DNA of 64,000 nt from Hyphomonadaceae bacterium (GTDB lineage: Bacteria; Pseudomonadota; Alphaproteobacteria; Caulobacterales; Aquidulcibacteraceae): assembly GCA_023384105.1 (NCBI GenBank), contig JAHDXR010000002.1, positions 296,989 to 360,988 of the forward strand, written 5' to 3'. Within the stretch, counting starts at the first letter, position 1. Each line of letters opens with the position of its first letter. Positions 48,625-59,084 of this stretch are shown here, in pieces. Below the pieces are notes generated by a model. The model had not been told where the DNA came from and did not search any database. It worked only from the letters and a program-made list of their open reading frames with translations. Both the position numbers and the translations under genes were made by a program.

Positions 48625-49401
48625 ATGCTTCTCGCCATCGACGTCGGCAACACCAACACCAAGTTTGCGATCTGGGACGGCAAGGCCTGGCGCGCGCAGT
48701 GGCGCGCCTCCACCGACAGCACGCGCACCGCCGACGAATATGCGCCGTGGCTGCAGCAGGTAATGTCGCTCAACGGCCTTTCGTTCGACGACATCACGGA
48801 CTGCATCGTCTCGACCGTGGTGCCGCAAGCGCTCTTCAACCTGCGCAATCTCTCGCGCCGCTATATCGGCAAGGAGCCGATGGTCATCGGCGAGGACGGC
48901 CTCCGAATCGGCATCGAAGTCCGCATCGACAAGCCGAACGAAGCGGGCGCCGACCGCCTCGTGAACGCCGTCGGCGCCTTCATCGAATATGGCGGCCCCG
49001 CCATCGTGCTCGACAGCGGCACGGCGACGACCTTCGACGTCGTCGGCAGCGACGGCGCCTTCGAGGGCGGCGTCATTCTGCCCGGCATCAATCTGTCGCT
49101 GCAGGCGCTGCACGATGCGGCGGCGCGGCTGCCGCGTGTCGAAATCCGCGATCCGGGCCGGATCATCGGCAAAGATACGGTCAGCGCGATGCAGTCCGGC
49201 ATCTATTGGGGGTCGATCGAGATGATCGAAGGCCTGTGCCGGCGTATTCGCGACGAGTACGGCCGGCCGATGAAGACCATCGCCACGGGCGGCGTGGCCT
49301 CGCTGTTCGAAGGCGCCTTTCGCACCGTCGACCATTTCGACCAGGATCTCACCTCGCGCGGCCTGCTGGAAATCTTCAGGCGCAACGGCGGCGCGCTGTG
49401 A
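48625..49401 (+). CDS. coaX: Type III pantothenate kinase
   Basis: [44 protein letters not shown]. Confidence 0.92.
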   Translation: MLLAIDVGNTNTKFAIWDGKAWRAQWRASTDSTRTADEYAPWLQQVMSLNGLSFDDITDCIVSTVVPQALFNLRNLSRRYIGKEPMVIGEDGLRIGIEVRIDKPNEAGADRLVNAVGAFIEYGGPAIVLDSGTATTFDVVGSDGAFEGGVILPGINLSLQALHDAAARLPRVEIRDPGRIIGKDTVSAMQSGIYWGSIEMIEGLCRRIRDEYGRPMKTIATGGVASLFEGAFRTVDHFDQDLTSRGLLEIFRRNGGAL

Positions 49402-51080
49402 GGGCGCCCGCCGCAGACCACGAACTGGTGTTCCTGCCGCTCGGCGGATCGGGCGAGATCGGCATGAACCTCAACGCGTACGGCTACGGCCCGCCGGACG
49501 CGCGGCAGTGGATCGTGGTCGACATCGGCGTCACGTTCGGGCGCGAGGATGACGTGCCCGGCGTCGAGCTGGTGCTGCCTGACCCGACCTTCCTCGAACG
49601 GGAGCGCGACAACATCCTCGCCATCGTGCTGACGCACGCGCATGAGGATCACATCGGCGCGTTGCCGTGGCTGTGGCCGCGGCTCAAGGCGCCCGTGTAC
49701 GCGACGCCGTTCACGGCGGCGCTGGTGCGCGAGAAGCTGCGCGAGCAGGGTTTGCTGGAGCGTGTGCCGCTCACGGAAGTTCCGCTGAAGGGCCAGCTGA
49801 CGCTCGGCCCGTTCGAGATCGATTTCGTCACGCTGACGCATTCGATCCCGGAGCCGAACGGCCTCGCGATCCGCACGCCGCTAGGGCTCGTCTGGCACAC
49901 GGGCGACTGGAAGATCGATCCCGATCCACTGATCGGCGAGACCACCGACGAAGCCAAGCTGCGCGCCATGGCCGAAGAGGGCGTGCTGGCGATGGTGTGC
50001 GACAGCACCAACGTCTTCGTCGAAGGCGCGACCGGGTCCGAAGCCGATGTCCGCAAGAAGCTGACGGAAGTGATCTCGCGCTGCACCGGGCGCGTCGCGG
50101 TGACCGCGTTCGCCTCCAACGTCGCGCGCGTCGAGACGGCGCTGCTGGCGGCGCGCGCGGCCGGGCGCACGCCGTGCCTCGTCGGCCGCTCGATGCACCG
50201 CATCTACAATGCGGCCAAGAGCGTGGGCCTGCTGCGGGATGCGCCGCAGATCATCGACGAGGAGGAGGCCGGCGGCCTTCCCGACGAGAACGTTCTCTTC
50301 CTCTGCACCGGCAGCCAGGGCGAGCCGCGCGCGGCGCTCACGCGCATCGCCCGCGGCGAGCATCGCCATGTCGCGTTGCGCCAGGGCGACACGGTGATCT
50401 TTTCCTCGCGCGTGATCCCCGGCAACGAAGAGGCGATTCATCAGCTCTACGAGGCGTTCATCGCGCGCGGCGTCGAGCTGATCACCGCCGATGATGCGCC
50501 GGTTCACGTTTCCGGCCACCCGGCGCGCGATGAGCTGAAGCAGATGTACCGATGGGCGCGGCCCCGGATCGCAATTCCGGTGCACGGCGAGCGCCGGCAT
50601 ATCCGCGAGCATGTCAAGCTCGCCCAGGCCTTGCAGGTGCCCGAAGCGGTTGCGCCGCATAACGGCGACATGATCCGCCTCGCGCCCGGCCCGGCGGCGG
50701 TGGTCGACGAGGTGCCGGCGGGGCGCCTCTACGTCGACGGCGCAAGCATCATCGAGACCGACGACGACGCGATCCGCGACCGGCTGCGCCTCGGCGCCGA
50801 GGGGGCGGTCAACATCGCTCTCGCGCTGAATGGGAAGAACGCCATCGCCGCGGGCCCCAATGTCACCGTGCGCGGCCTCGCCATGGCCGACGAGGAGGAC
50901 ATGGAGCTGGCGCTGGAGGAGCTTGAGCGGGTCGCGGAGGCGGCGTTCGCCAGAATGTCGCACGCCGAGCGCCAGGAGGACGAGGCGATCGAAGCCGCTC
51001 TCGTCCGCAGCGTCCGCAAAGCTGCGGAAAAGCTGTGGCGCAAGCGCCCGCTTGTCGACGTGACCGTGCTGAGGCTCTAA
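49398..51080 (+). CDS. rnj: Ribonuclease J (MBL-fold / beta-CASP)
   Basis: [39 protein letters not shown]. The GTG start overlaps the coaX stop (GTGA). Confidence 0.88.
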   Translation: MRAPAADHELVFLPLGGSGEIGMNLNAYGYGPPDARQWIVVDIGVTFGREDDVPGVELVLPDPTFLERERDNILAIVLTHAHEDHIGALPWLWPRLKAPVYATPFTAALVREKLREQGLLERVPLTEVPLKGQLTLGPFEIDFVTLTHSIPEPNGLAIRTPLGLVWHTGDWKIDPDPLIGETTDEAKLRAMAEEGVLAMVCDSTNVFVEGATGSEADVRKKLTEVISRCTGRVAVTAFASNVARVETALLAARAAGRTPCLVGRSMHRIYNAAKSVGLLRDAPQIIDEEEAGGLPDENVLFLCTGSQGEPRAALTRIARGEHRHVALRQGDTVIFSSRVIPGNEEAIHQLYEAFIARGVELITADDAPVHVSGHPARDELKQMYRWARPRIAIPVHGERRHIREHVKLAQALQVPEAVAPHNGDMIRLAPGPAAVVDEVPAGRLYVDGASIIETDDDAIRDRLRLGAEGAVNIALALNGKNAIAAGPNVTVRGLAMADEEDMELALEELERVAEAAFARMSHAERQEDEAIEAALVRSVRKAAEKLWRKRPLVDVTVLRL

Positions 51081-51110
51081 CTTGGCGTCCGGCGGGAGCG
51101 GAGCAGGCGA

Positions 51111-51536
51111 ATGATCGGCAAGTTGAACCATGTTGGCGTTGCGGTGCCTTCGATCGAGGCGGCGAAAGCCACCTACCGGGATCTCTACGGGGTGCCGGCG
51201 AGCGACATCACCGAAACCAAGGAATTGCCGCCGCAGGGTGTGAGATATGCGTTCGTCAATCTGCCCAACAGCCAGATCGAACTGATCGAGCCGCTGGGCG
51301 AAACCAGCCCGATCAGGAAATTCCTCGAAAAGAATCCCAATGGCGGCCAGCACCATGTCTGCTTCGAGGTGGAGGACATCTACGCGGCGCGGGACGAAAT
51401 GGTGGTTCGTGGCGCCACGGTGCTGAACGAGCCGCGCATCGGCGCGCACGGCACGCCGGTCATCTTCATCCACCCCAAGAATTCCAACGGCGTCCTGATC
51501 GAGCTGATGGAGACGCCGAAGGGCGCGCACGGATGA
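51111..51536 (+). CDS. mce: Methylmalonyl-CoA epimerase
   Basis: KLNHVGVAVPSIEAA...IELIEPLG...GGQHHVCFEVEDI...IFIHPKNSNGVLIELME is a VOC-fold epimerase pattern. Confidence 0.9.
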   Translation: MIGKLNHVGVAVPSIEAAKATYRDLYGVPASDITETKELPPQGVRYAFVNLPNSQIELIEPLGETSPIRKFLEKNPNGGQHHVCFEVEDIYAARDEMVVRGATVLNEPRIGAHGTPVIFIHPKNSNGVLIELMETPKGAHG

Positions 51537-51781
51537 GCCCGTTCCTGGGCGTCGCCATCTATCTGATCCTGTGGTGGCTCGCCTTCTTCACCATGCTGCC
51601 GATCGGGGCGCAAAGCCATCATGAGGCCGACGACGAGACCGCGCCCGGCGTCGAACGCGGCGCCCCGCGCGTCCACCGGCTCAGGGAAAAGGCGCTCTGG
51701 GCCGCGGCCATTGCGGCGGTTCTTTGGCTGGGCGTCGCCTGGGCGGTTTCGGTGGACCTGATCGGTCTCCGCTCGCGCTAA
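51533..51781 (+). CDS. DUF1467 family membrane protein
   Basis: MSPFLGVAIYLILWWLAFFTMLPIG... ATGA overlap with mce, the usual mce-DUF1467 pairing in alphaproteobacteria. Confidence 0.7.
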   Translation: MSPFLGVAIYLILWWLAFFTMLPIGAQSHHEADDETAPGVERGAPRVHRLREKALWAAAIAAVLWLGVAWAVSVDLIGLRSR

Positions 51782-51842
51782 GCCGCGTTGCCGGGGGCGG
51801 CGGGGCAGTCTATCCAGGCGCTTCGAAAGGAACTGCCGCCAC

Positions 51843-53375
51843 ATGCATGCGCTCAAGGTCACGCGCGCCGAAGATTTTCCCGAATGGTACCAGGCCGTCG
51901 TCCGCGAGGCGGATCTGGCGGAGCTGTCGCCCACGCGCGGCTCGATGATCATCAAGCCGTGGGGCTACGGCATCTGGGAGCGGATACAGAGCGAACTGGA
52001 CCGGCGCATCAAGGAAACCGGGCACGAAAACTACTATTTCCCGCTGCTGATCCCGCTCTCCTTCATCGCCAAGGAGGCCGACCACGTGGAAGGCTTCGCC
52101 AAGGAGATGGCGGTCGTCACCCACCATCGCCTGAAGGCGATCGACGGCGTGCTGAAGCCCGATCCGGAAGCCGAGCTCGCGGAGCCGTTCATCATCCGGC
52201 CGACCTCGGAGACCATCATCGGCGATGCGTTCAGCCGCTGGATCAAGTCGTACCGCGACCTGCCGCTGAAGCTGAACCAGTGGGCCAACGTGATGCGCTG
52301 GGAGATGCGCACGCGCATGTTCCTGCGCACGGCGGAGTTTCTCTGGCAGGAGGGACACACCGCCCACGTCGACGAAGCCGACGCGATGGACGAGACGATG
52401 CTCGCGCTCGAAATCTATCGCAGCTTCGCGGAAGACTTCCTCGCGATCCCGGTCGTCGCCGGCGAGAAGCCGGAGAACGAACGCTTTCCCGGCGCCGTGC
52501 GCACGTACTCGATCGAAGCGATGATGCAAGACGGCAAGGCGCTGCAGGCCGGCACCTCGCACTATCTCGGCACGCATTTCGCCGAAGCGCAGAATATCCG
52601 CTACCAGGACAAGGACGGCGCCCAGACGCTGGCGCACACGACCTCATGGGGCGTCTCTACGCGCCTGATCGGCGGCGTGATCATGACGCACGGCGATGAC
52701 GATGGATTGCGCACGCCGCCGGCTGTGGCGCCGCGCCAGATCGTGATCGTGCCGATGCTCCGAGGCAAGCCCGAAGACGCCGATCTCAAGGCCTACTGCG
52801 CCGCGCTGGCCAAGGAGCTGGGCGCGCTGACGGTGTTCGGCTCCGGTTTGCGTGCGTTCGTCGACGTCAAGGACGCCAAGCCCGCCGACAAGCGCTGGGA
52901 CTGGGTGCGCCGCGGTGCGCCGCTGATCTGCGAGATCGGCCCGCGCGACGCCGCCAACGGCCAGGTCACCTTCATCAAGCGCAACGCCTTGCGCGAGGGC
53001 GAGAAGATCAAGTCGCATACGCTGGCGCGGGCCGACTTCGTCGCGCAGGCCCGCCAGCTGCTCGAGGCGATGCAAGCCGAGCTGTTCGCCGAGGCCAAGA
53101 CCCGGCTCGAAGCCAACATCCGCGCCGACTTTGAAACCTTCGCTGACCTTGAACGGCACTACGGAACCGAGGACAAGGAGGGTGAGTTCAAGGGCTGGGT
53201 GCGCGTGTGCTGGTCCCGCCCGACCGGAGCGGCGCTCGAAGAGGTGGGGGAACGCCTGAAAGCATTGAAGCTGACCATCCGCAACGCGCCGCTCGCACAG
53301 CCGGCCGCGTTCGGCAAGTGCGTGTTCACCGGCGCGCCAGCGGTGGAGGAAATCCTGATCGCGCGGGCCTATTGA
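51843..53375 (+). CDS. proS: Proline--tRNA ligase, archaeal/eukaryote-like (Thermus-type) architecture
   Basis: FPEWYQAVVREADLAE...RGSMIIKPWGYGIWE...IRPTSETIIG...NQWANVMRWEMRTRMFLRTAEFLWQEGHTAH...GKALQAGTSHYLG...HTTSWGVSTRLIGGVIMTHGDDDGL, ending ...ARAY. No bacterial INS editing domain. Confidence 0.9.
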   Translation: MHALKVTRAEDFPEWYQAVVREADLAELSPTRGSMIIKPWGYGIWERIQSELDRRIKETGHENYYFPLLIPLSFIAKEADHVEGFAKEMAVVTHHRLKAIDGVLKPDPEAELAEPFIIRPTSETIIGDAFSRWIKSYRDLPLKLNQWANVMRWEMRTRMFLRTAEFLWQEGHTAHVDEADAMDETMLALEIYRSFAEDFLAIPVVAGEKPENERFPGAVRTYSIEAMMQDGKALQAGTSHYLGTHFAEAQNIRYQDKDGAQTLAHTTSWGVSTRLIGGVIMTHGDDDGLRTPPAVAPRQIVIVPMLRGKPEDADLKAYCAALAKELGALTVFGSGLRAFVDVKDAKPADKRWDWVRRGAPLICEIGPRDAANGQVTFIKRNALREGEKIKSHTLARADFVAQARQLLEAMQAELFAEAKTRLEANIRADFETFADLERHYGTEDKEGEFKGWVRVCWSRPTGAALEEVGERLKALKLTIRNAPLAQPAAFGKCVFTGAPAVEEILIARAY

Positions 53376-54646
53376 TGAGCGGCAGAAGCGCGCCCTTCGG
53401 CCTGTTCGAGCGGATGCTCGCCAGCCGCTATCTGCGCGCGCGCCGCCAGCACGGCGGCGTGGCGCTGATCTCCGTCATTTCCGTGCTCGCCATCGCGCTC
53501 GCGGTGTCGGCGCTGATCATCATCATGTCGGTGATGAACGGCTTCCGCGAGACGCTTCTGTCGCGCATCCTCGGCGTCAACGGCCACATCTATGTGGACG
53601 TGCGCGGGCTGCCGATGCCGGAAATCGAGCGCATCATGCGCGAAGCGGCCGAGGCCCCCGGCGTGCTGCACGTCACGCCGCTGATCAACGAACAGGCGCT
53701 GGCCACGGTCGACGGCCGCGCCTCCGGCATCCTCGTGCGCGGCATTCCGCGCGAAGAGCTGGCCTCGATGCCGATCGTGGCCGAGAGCATTCGCCCGGGC
53801 GGTTCGTTGGTCGGCTTCGAAGGCGTGGAATCGCCGACCTTGCTGGTCGGCGACCGCCTGGCGGCCACGCTTGGCGTCTCGGAAGGGATGGCGTTCTCGG
53901 TCATCGCGCCGCAGGGCGCGAGCACGCCGTTCGGCTTCACGCCGCGGCGCAAGGCGTTCGTGGTCGGCGGCGTGTTCAGCGTCGGCATGGCCGAGTTCGA
54001 TTCGGTCCTGGTCTACATGCCGCTGGAACAGGCGCAGATCCTGTTCAACCGCGGCGACAGCGCCGACGTGATCGAAATCCGCATCAGCGATCCGGACCGC
54101 ACCGTGCCGGCGATGATGGAGCTGCGGTCGCGCCTTGGCCCGCAACTGATGCTCTACGACTGGCGCGCCAACAGCCAGGGCCTGGCCGACGCCTTGACCG
54201 TCGAGCGCAACGTGATGCGCCTGATCTTCATGATCGTGGTGGCGATCGCCGCGCTCAACATCGTCACCGGCCTCGTGCTCATGGTGAAGCTGAAAAGCCG
54301 CGACATCGCCATCTTGCGCACCATGGGCGCCACGCGCGGCGCGGTGCTGCGCGTGTTCTTCATGGCGAGCGCATCGGTGGGCGTGATCGGGCTGATCGCC
54401 GGGCTCGCGCTCGGCATTAGCTTCTGCATCTTCATCGAGCCGATCCAGAACTTCATCTCGGCGCTGACCGGGTTCGATATCTTCCCGGGCACCGTCTATT
54501 CGCTGGAATCGCTGCCGGCGAAGGTGGAGTGGTCGGAGGTCGCCATCATCTCGATCTTCACCATTGCGCTGACGTTCTCGGCCACGGCGCTCACCGCCTG
54601 GTGGGCGTCGCGGCTCGATCCTGTGGAGGCGCTGCGCTATGAGTGA
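53375..54646 (+). CDS. lolC: Lipoprotein-releasing ABC transporter permease LolC/E
   Basis: LASRYLRARRQHGGVALISVISVLAIALAV...MNGFRE...DWR...MRLIFMIVVAIAALNI...LRTMGATR...[16 protein letters not shown] overlap with proS. Confidence 0.88.
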   Translation: MSGRSAPFGLFERMLASRYLRARRQHGGVALISVISVLAIALAVSALIIIMSVMNGFRETLLSRILGVNGHIYVDVRGLPMPEIERIMREAAEAPGVLHVTPLINEQALATVDGRASGILVRGIPREELASMPIVAESIRPGGSLVGFEGVESPTLLVGDRLAATLGVSEGMAFSVIAPQGASTPFGFTPRRKAFVVGGVFSVGMAEFDSVLVYMPLEQAQILFNRGDSADVIEIRISDPDRTVPAMMELRSRLGPQLMLYDWRANSQGLADALTVERNVMRLIFMIVVAIAALNIVTGLVLMVKLKSRDIAILRTMGATRGAVLRVFFMASASVGVIGLIAGLALGISFCIFIEPIQNFISALTGFDIFPGTVYSLESLPAKVEWSEVAIISIFTIALTFSATALTAWWASRLDPVEALRYE

Positions 54647-55337
54647 GGCTCAAACGCAGGCGCCGGTGCTGCAACTCGTGGGGCTGGAGCGGCGCTACAG
54701 GTCGGGCGAAGGCGAACTCGTCGTGCTCGACGGCGCAGAGCTATCGATCGCGCCGGGCGAGATCGTCGGCCTCATCGGCCAGTCCGGGTCGGGCAAATCC
54801 TCGCTGCTGCACGCCGCCGGCCTGCTTGAGCGCCCGAGCGGCGGCGAGGTGCGGATCGAAGGCGTGTCGGCCTGGCCGCTGTCCGAGGGCCAGCGCACGG
54901 AAATCCGGCGCAACAAGATCGGCTTCGTCTATCAGTTTCACCACCTGCTGCCGGAGTTCGACGCCATTCACAACGTGGCGCTGCCCGCGCTGATCGCGGG
55001 CCGTTCGCGCCGCGACGCGATGGCGGAGGCGGAGCGGCTGCTGAGGGTGATGGGGCTGAGCCAGCGTCTTCATCACCAGCCGGCGCAGCTCTCCGGCGGC
55101 GAGCAGCAGCGCGTCGCCATCGCCCGCGCAATGATCAACCGGCCGGTGCTGATCCTGGCGGACGAGCCGACCGGCAACCTCGATCCGGACACCTCCACGG
55201 TGGTGTTCGCCGCGCTGTCCGAGCTGGTGCGTCACGAGGGTGCGGCCGCCCTGATCGCCACCCACAACATGGAATTGGCGAAGTACATGGATCGCGTCGT
55301 CTCGCTCGACCACGGCAAGCTGGTGGCGCGCAGCTAA
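54639..55337 (+). CDS. lolD: Lipoprotein-releasing ABC transporter ATP-binding protein LolD
   Basis: Walker [10 protein letters not shown], signature [14 protein letters not shown], Walker [13 protein letters not shown]. Confidence 0.92.
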   Translation: MSEAQTQAPVLQLVGLERRYRSGEGELVVLDGAELSIAPGEIVGLIGQSGSGKSSLLHAAGLLERPSGGEVRIEGVSAWPLSEGQRTEIRRNKIGFVYQFHHLLPEFDAIHNVALPALIAGRSRRDAMAEAERLLRVMGLSQRLHHQPAQLSGGEQQRVAIARAMINRPVLILADEPTGNLDPDTSTVVFAALSELVRHEGAAALIATHNMELAKYMDRVVSLDHGKLVARS

Positions 55338-55369
55338 AGCGCCATGCGTTAAATCCAACGCAACGCCGC

Positions 55370-55482
55370 ATGGACCGCCGGCGTCCCGCCGGCCTGCGCG
55401 TACTTTTGAAGCGGGGGCGCGGTGTGTCCAGCGCTCCAATTTGGACAGGTTTGCACAGGCCGGCGGGACGCCGGCGGTCCAT
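55370..55482. repeat. BIME/MITE-like element with perfect 27-bp terminal inverted repeats
   Basis: ATGGACCGCCGGCGTCCCGCCGGCCTG (55370-96) is the exact reverse complement of CAGGCCGGCGGGACGCCGGCGGTCCAT (55456-82). The 59-nt core contains TGTCCA-N11-TGGACA. Related copies lie at 19007-19033 and, degenerate, at 30947-30976. Confidence 0.85.
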
Positions 55483-55570
55483 AAGCGGCGGCGCGGCCGA
55501 TTTTTGGCGCAGTGCTTTAGGCGGCTTCGGCCGGAGACGGAACGAGCCTATCTTCGGGGCAGAGAATCAC

Positions 55571-58500
55571 ATGCCTCAGCCCTTTATCCACTTGCGCGCC
55601 CGATCCGCCTATTCGCTGCTCCAGAGCGCGGTGCAGGCGAAGGCGCTGGTCAAGCTGGCGGTCAAGAACGACATGCCGGCGCTGGGCCTCACCGACGCCA
55701 ACAACCTGTTCGGCGCGCTTGAGTTTTCCGAAGCCGCCGCCGAGGCCGGCGTCCAGCCCATCGTCGGCTTGGCGCTCGACGTGCGCGACGACAGCGGCGT
55801 CGCTGGGACGCTTGCGCTCTATGCGCAGAACGCCGCCGGCTACGCCAACCTGATGAAGCTGTCGAGCGCGGCCTATCTCGACTCGGCGAACGACGAACCG
55901 CACGTCGCGTTCGCCCGCGCGCTCGAACATGCCGAAGGGCTGATCGCCTTCACCGGCGGCGGCGACGGCCTGTTCGCGACACTGCTCAGCGAGGGCAAAG
56001 GCGATGTCGTGGATGCAGCGCTCAAGCGGCTCGAAGCGGCGTTCCCGGACCGGCTCTATGTCGAGCTACAGCGCCATGGCGAGCGCATCGAGGCGGAAAC
56101 CGAAGCAGCGCTGATCGATCTGGCTTACGCGCGCGGCCTGCCGCTGATCGCCACCAACGACATCCGCTTCGAGAAGCAGAGCGATCACCGCGCCCACGAT
56201 GCGCTGATGTGCATTGCGGCGTCCTCGTATCTCGGCGAGGAGGATCGTCCGCGCGTCACCGATCAGCACTATTTCAAGTCGGCCAGGCAGATGGAGGAGC
56301 TGTTCTCCGATCTGCCGGAGGCGATAGAGAACACGGCGGAGGCGGCACGCCGCTGCGCTTTCCGGGTCGAAAAGCGCAAGCCGATCCTGCCGCGCTTCGA
56401 CACCAAGGCCGGCCGCGACGAAACGGCGGAGCTGAAAGCGCAGGCGAAAGCCGGCCTGAAGGCGCGGCTGAAGGCGCTGGGCGGCCGGTTGGCGGCGCCC
56501 GAGGAGGAGTACTGGAAACGGCTCGAATACGAAGTCGGCATCATCACGCAGATGCAGTTTCCGGGCTACTTCCTGATCGTCTCGGACTTTATCAAATGGG
56601 CCAAGGCGCACGATATTCCGGTCGGGCCGGGGCGCGGCTCGGGCGCCGGTTCGCTGGTCGCCTGGGCGCTGACCATCACCGATCTCGACCCTCTGCGGTT
56701 CGGCCTGCTGTTCGAGCGCTTTCTCAATCCCGAGCGCGTGTCGATGCCGGACTTCGACATCGACTTCTGCCAGGAGCGGCGCGGCGAGGTCATCGACTAC
56801 GTCAAGAACAAGTACGGCGAGGACCGCGTCGCCCACATCATCACGTTCGGCACGCTCCAGGCGCGCGCGGTGCTGCGCGATGTCGGGCGAGTGATGCAGC
56901 TGCCGTTCGGCCAGGTCGACAAGCTGGCCAAGCTGGTGCCGGCCAATCCGGCCAATCCGGTGACGCTGGCCGAAGCGATGGAGATCGAGCCGAAGCTCAA
57001 CGAGGCGCGCAAGAACGAAGCCGACGTGCGCGAGTTGATCGACACGGCGCTGCAACTGGAGGGGCTCTACCGCAACGCCTCCACCCATGCCGCCGGCGTC
57101 GTCATCGGCGACCGCCCGCTGAGCGAGCTGGTGGCGCTCTACCGCGATCCACGCGCGCACCTGCCGGCGACCCAGTTCAACATGAAATGGGTCGAGGCCG
57201 CGGGGCTGGTGAAGTTCGATTTCCTCGGCCTCAAGACGCTGACGGTGATCGACCGCGCCGTGAAGTATCTGAAAAAGCGCGGCGTCGAGATCGATCTCGC
57301 CGACACCGCCTACGACGATCCCAGGACCTACGAGCTGATGCAGTCGGGCCTCACCTTCGGCGTGTTCCAGCTCGAAGGTCAGGGCATGCGCGACACGCTG
57401 CGAAAAGTGAAGCCGACCTGCCTGGAAGACGTCATCGCGCTGATCTCGCTCTATCGCCCGGGGCCGATGAAGAACATTGACCGCTTCGCCAACGTGAAGC
57501 ACGGGCGCGAGCAGCCCGACTATCTGCACGAGAGCCTGAAGCCGATCCTGGAAGAGACTTACGGCGTCATCGTCTACCAGGAACAGGTGATGCAGATCGC
57601 GCAGGTGCTGTCCGGCTATTCGCTCGGCGAAGCCGACCTGCTGCGCCGCGCCATGGGCAAGAAGCAGCCGGCGGAGATGGCCAAGCAGAAGTCGCGCTTC
57701 ATCGAGGGCGCCAAGGAGCGCGGCGTGGGCGAGAACCTCGCCTCGCACATCTTCGACCTTGTCGAGGAGTTCGCCGGCTACGGCTTCAACAAGTCCCACG
57801 CCGCCGCCTACGCCGTGGTTGCGTATCACACGGCCTATCTGAAGGCGCATTATCCGGTCGATTTCACCGCCGCCTCGATGAGCCTCGACATCTCGAACTC
57901 CGACAAGCTCGCCTCCTTCCACCAGGACGCGCGCCGCATCGGCGCGCCGATCCTGCCGCCCGACCTCAACAAGTCGGAGGCCGACTTCAGCGTTGAAGAG
58001 CTGGAGGACGGCGGCGTCGCCATCCGCTACGCGCTGGGCGCGGTGCGCAATGTCGGCGTCGCCGCGATGGAGGCGATTGTCGCCGAGCGCAAGGCGAAGG
58101 GGCCGTTCAAGGCGCTCTACGATTTCGCCGAGCGCATCGATCCGAAATCGGTCAACCGCCGCCAGCTCGAGAACCTGGCGAAATCCGGCGCCTTCGACTC
58201 GATCGAGCCCGATCGCGCGCGCGCCCTGGCGGCGTGCGAGACGCTCGTCGCGTACGCGCAGCGCGTCGCCGAGGACCGCGCCAGTTCACAGGCCAGCCTG
58301 TTCGGCGCCGAAGAGCCCAGTGCGCGCCCGACGTTCCCCAAGGCGCCGGTCTGGTCGGCGCAGGACCGGCTGGATGCAGAGCGCGAGAGCGTCGGCTTCT
58401 ATCTCTCCGGCCACCCGCTCTCAGATTTCTTCGCCGACGCCGGCGATCGCTATGTGACCTATCGCGACATCCTCGACGAAGGCGAAACCGAGCCGCGCTC

Positions 58501-58984
58501 CTATCTGATGGCGGGCGTCGTGCGCCGCGTGCAGTACCGGCCGGCGCAGTCCGGCGGCACGCTGGCGTTCGTCGGCATGTCCGATCCGACCGGCGATTTC
58601 GAGCCGATGGTGATGCCCGAGCACGTGGCGCTGGCGCGCGACGTGCTGCAGGTCGGCAAGCCGTTCGTGTTCCGCGCCCGCGTGCGCTGGCGCGACGGCG
58701 ACGCACGCATCGCCGCCGATTCCTTCGAGCCGGTCGAAGCCGCGGAAGCGCGCACCACCGAAGACCTGCGCATCATCCTCAAGGAAGGCGCGCCGATCGA
58801 CCTGCTGGCGCAGACCATCGCCGCCTTACCTAAGGCCAACGCCGGCGAGGCGCGTCCGCTGCGGCTGATCCTGAAGCTCAAGGACGGCCGCGAGGTGGAG
58901 CTGGCCACGAAGCAGATGGCGCCGGCCAATCCCGCCGCGCGCGCCGCGCTCAAGGCCGCGCGCGGCGTCGAGCGGGTGATCTGA
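55571..58984 (+). CDS. dnaE: DNA polymerase III subunit alpha
   Basis: The PHP domain start FIHLRARSAYSLLQSAV, then GPGRGSGAGSLVAWAL, PDFDIDF and RRAMGKK. 1137 aa from the ATG at 55571. Confidence 0.95.
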   Translation: MPQPFIHLRARSAYSLLQSAVQAKALVKLAVKNDMPALGLTDANNLFGALEFSEAAAEAGVQPIVGLALDVRDDSGVAGTLALYAQNAAGYANLMKLSSAAYLDSANDEPHVAFARALEHAEGLIAFTGGGDGLFATLLSEGKGDVVDAALKRLEAAFPDRLYVELQRHGERIEAETEAALIDLAYARGLPLIATNDIRFEKQSDHRAHDALMCIAASSYLGEEDRPRVTDQHYFKSARQMEELFSDLPEAIENTAEAARRCAFRVEKRKPILPRFDTKAGRDETAELKAQAKAGLKARLKALGGRLAAPEEEYWKRLEYEVGIITQMQFPGYFLIVSDFIKWAKAHDIPVGPGRGSGAGSLVAWALTITDLDPLRFGLLFERFLNPERVSMPDFDIDFCQERRGEVIDYVKNKYGEDRVAHIITFGTLQARAVLRDVGRVMQLPFGQVDKLAKLVPANPANPVTLAEAMEIEPKLNEARKNEADVRELIDTALQLEGLYRNASTHAAGVVIGDRPLSELVALYRDPRAHLPATQFNMKWVEAAGLVKFDFLGLKTLTVIDRAVKYLKKRGVEIDLADTAYDDPRTYELMQSGLTFGVFQLEGQGMRDTLRKVKPTCLEDVIALISLYRPGPMKNIDRFANVKHGREQPDYLHESLKPILEETYGVIVYQEQVMQIAQVLSGYSLGEADLLRRAMGKKQPAEMAKQKSRFIEGAKERGVGENLASHIFDLVEEFAGYGFNKSHAAAYAVVAYHTAYLKAHYPVDFTAASMSLDISNSDKLASFHQDARRIGAPILPPDLNKSEADFSVEELEDGGVAIRYALGAVRNVGVAAMEAIVAERKAKGPFKALYDFAERIDPKSVNRRQLENLAKSGAFDSIEPDRARALAACETLVAYAQRVAEDRASSQASLFGAEEPSARPTFPKAPVWSAQDRLDAERESVGFYLSGHPLSDFFADAGDRYVTYRDILDEGETEPRSYLMAGVVRRVQYRPAQSGGTLAFVGMSDPTGDFEPMVMPEHVALARDVLQVGKPFVFRARVRWRDGDARIAADSFEPVEAAEARTTEDLRIILKEGAPIDLLAQTIAALPKANAGEARPLRLILKLKDGREVELATKQMAPANPAARAALKAARGVERVI

Positions 58985-59084
58985 AGTCGCAGTCGTTCGT
59001 CGCAGGATTCTCCCGAAGCGCGTGCAAGGCCTTGTCCGCGGGATCGGTTTTGCCTCTGATAGCGCCGCCTCAGAGGGAGGGCTT

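Noticed and set aside
55483-55570. SOS (LexA) box or CtrA box upstream of dnaE.
   Set aside because: No GAAC-N7-GAAC / GTTC-N7-GTTC or TTAA-N7-TTAA match. The closest string (GAACGAGCCTATCTTC) fails the second half-site.
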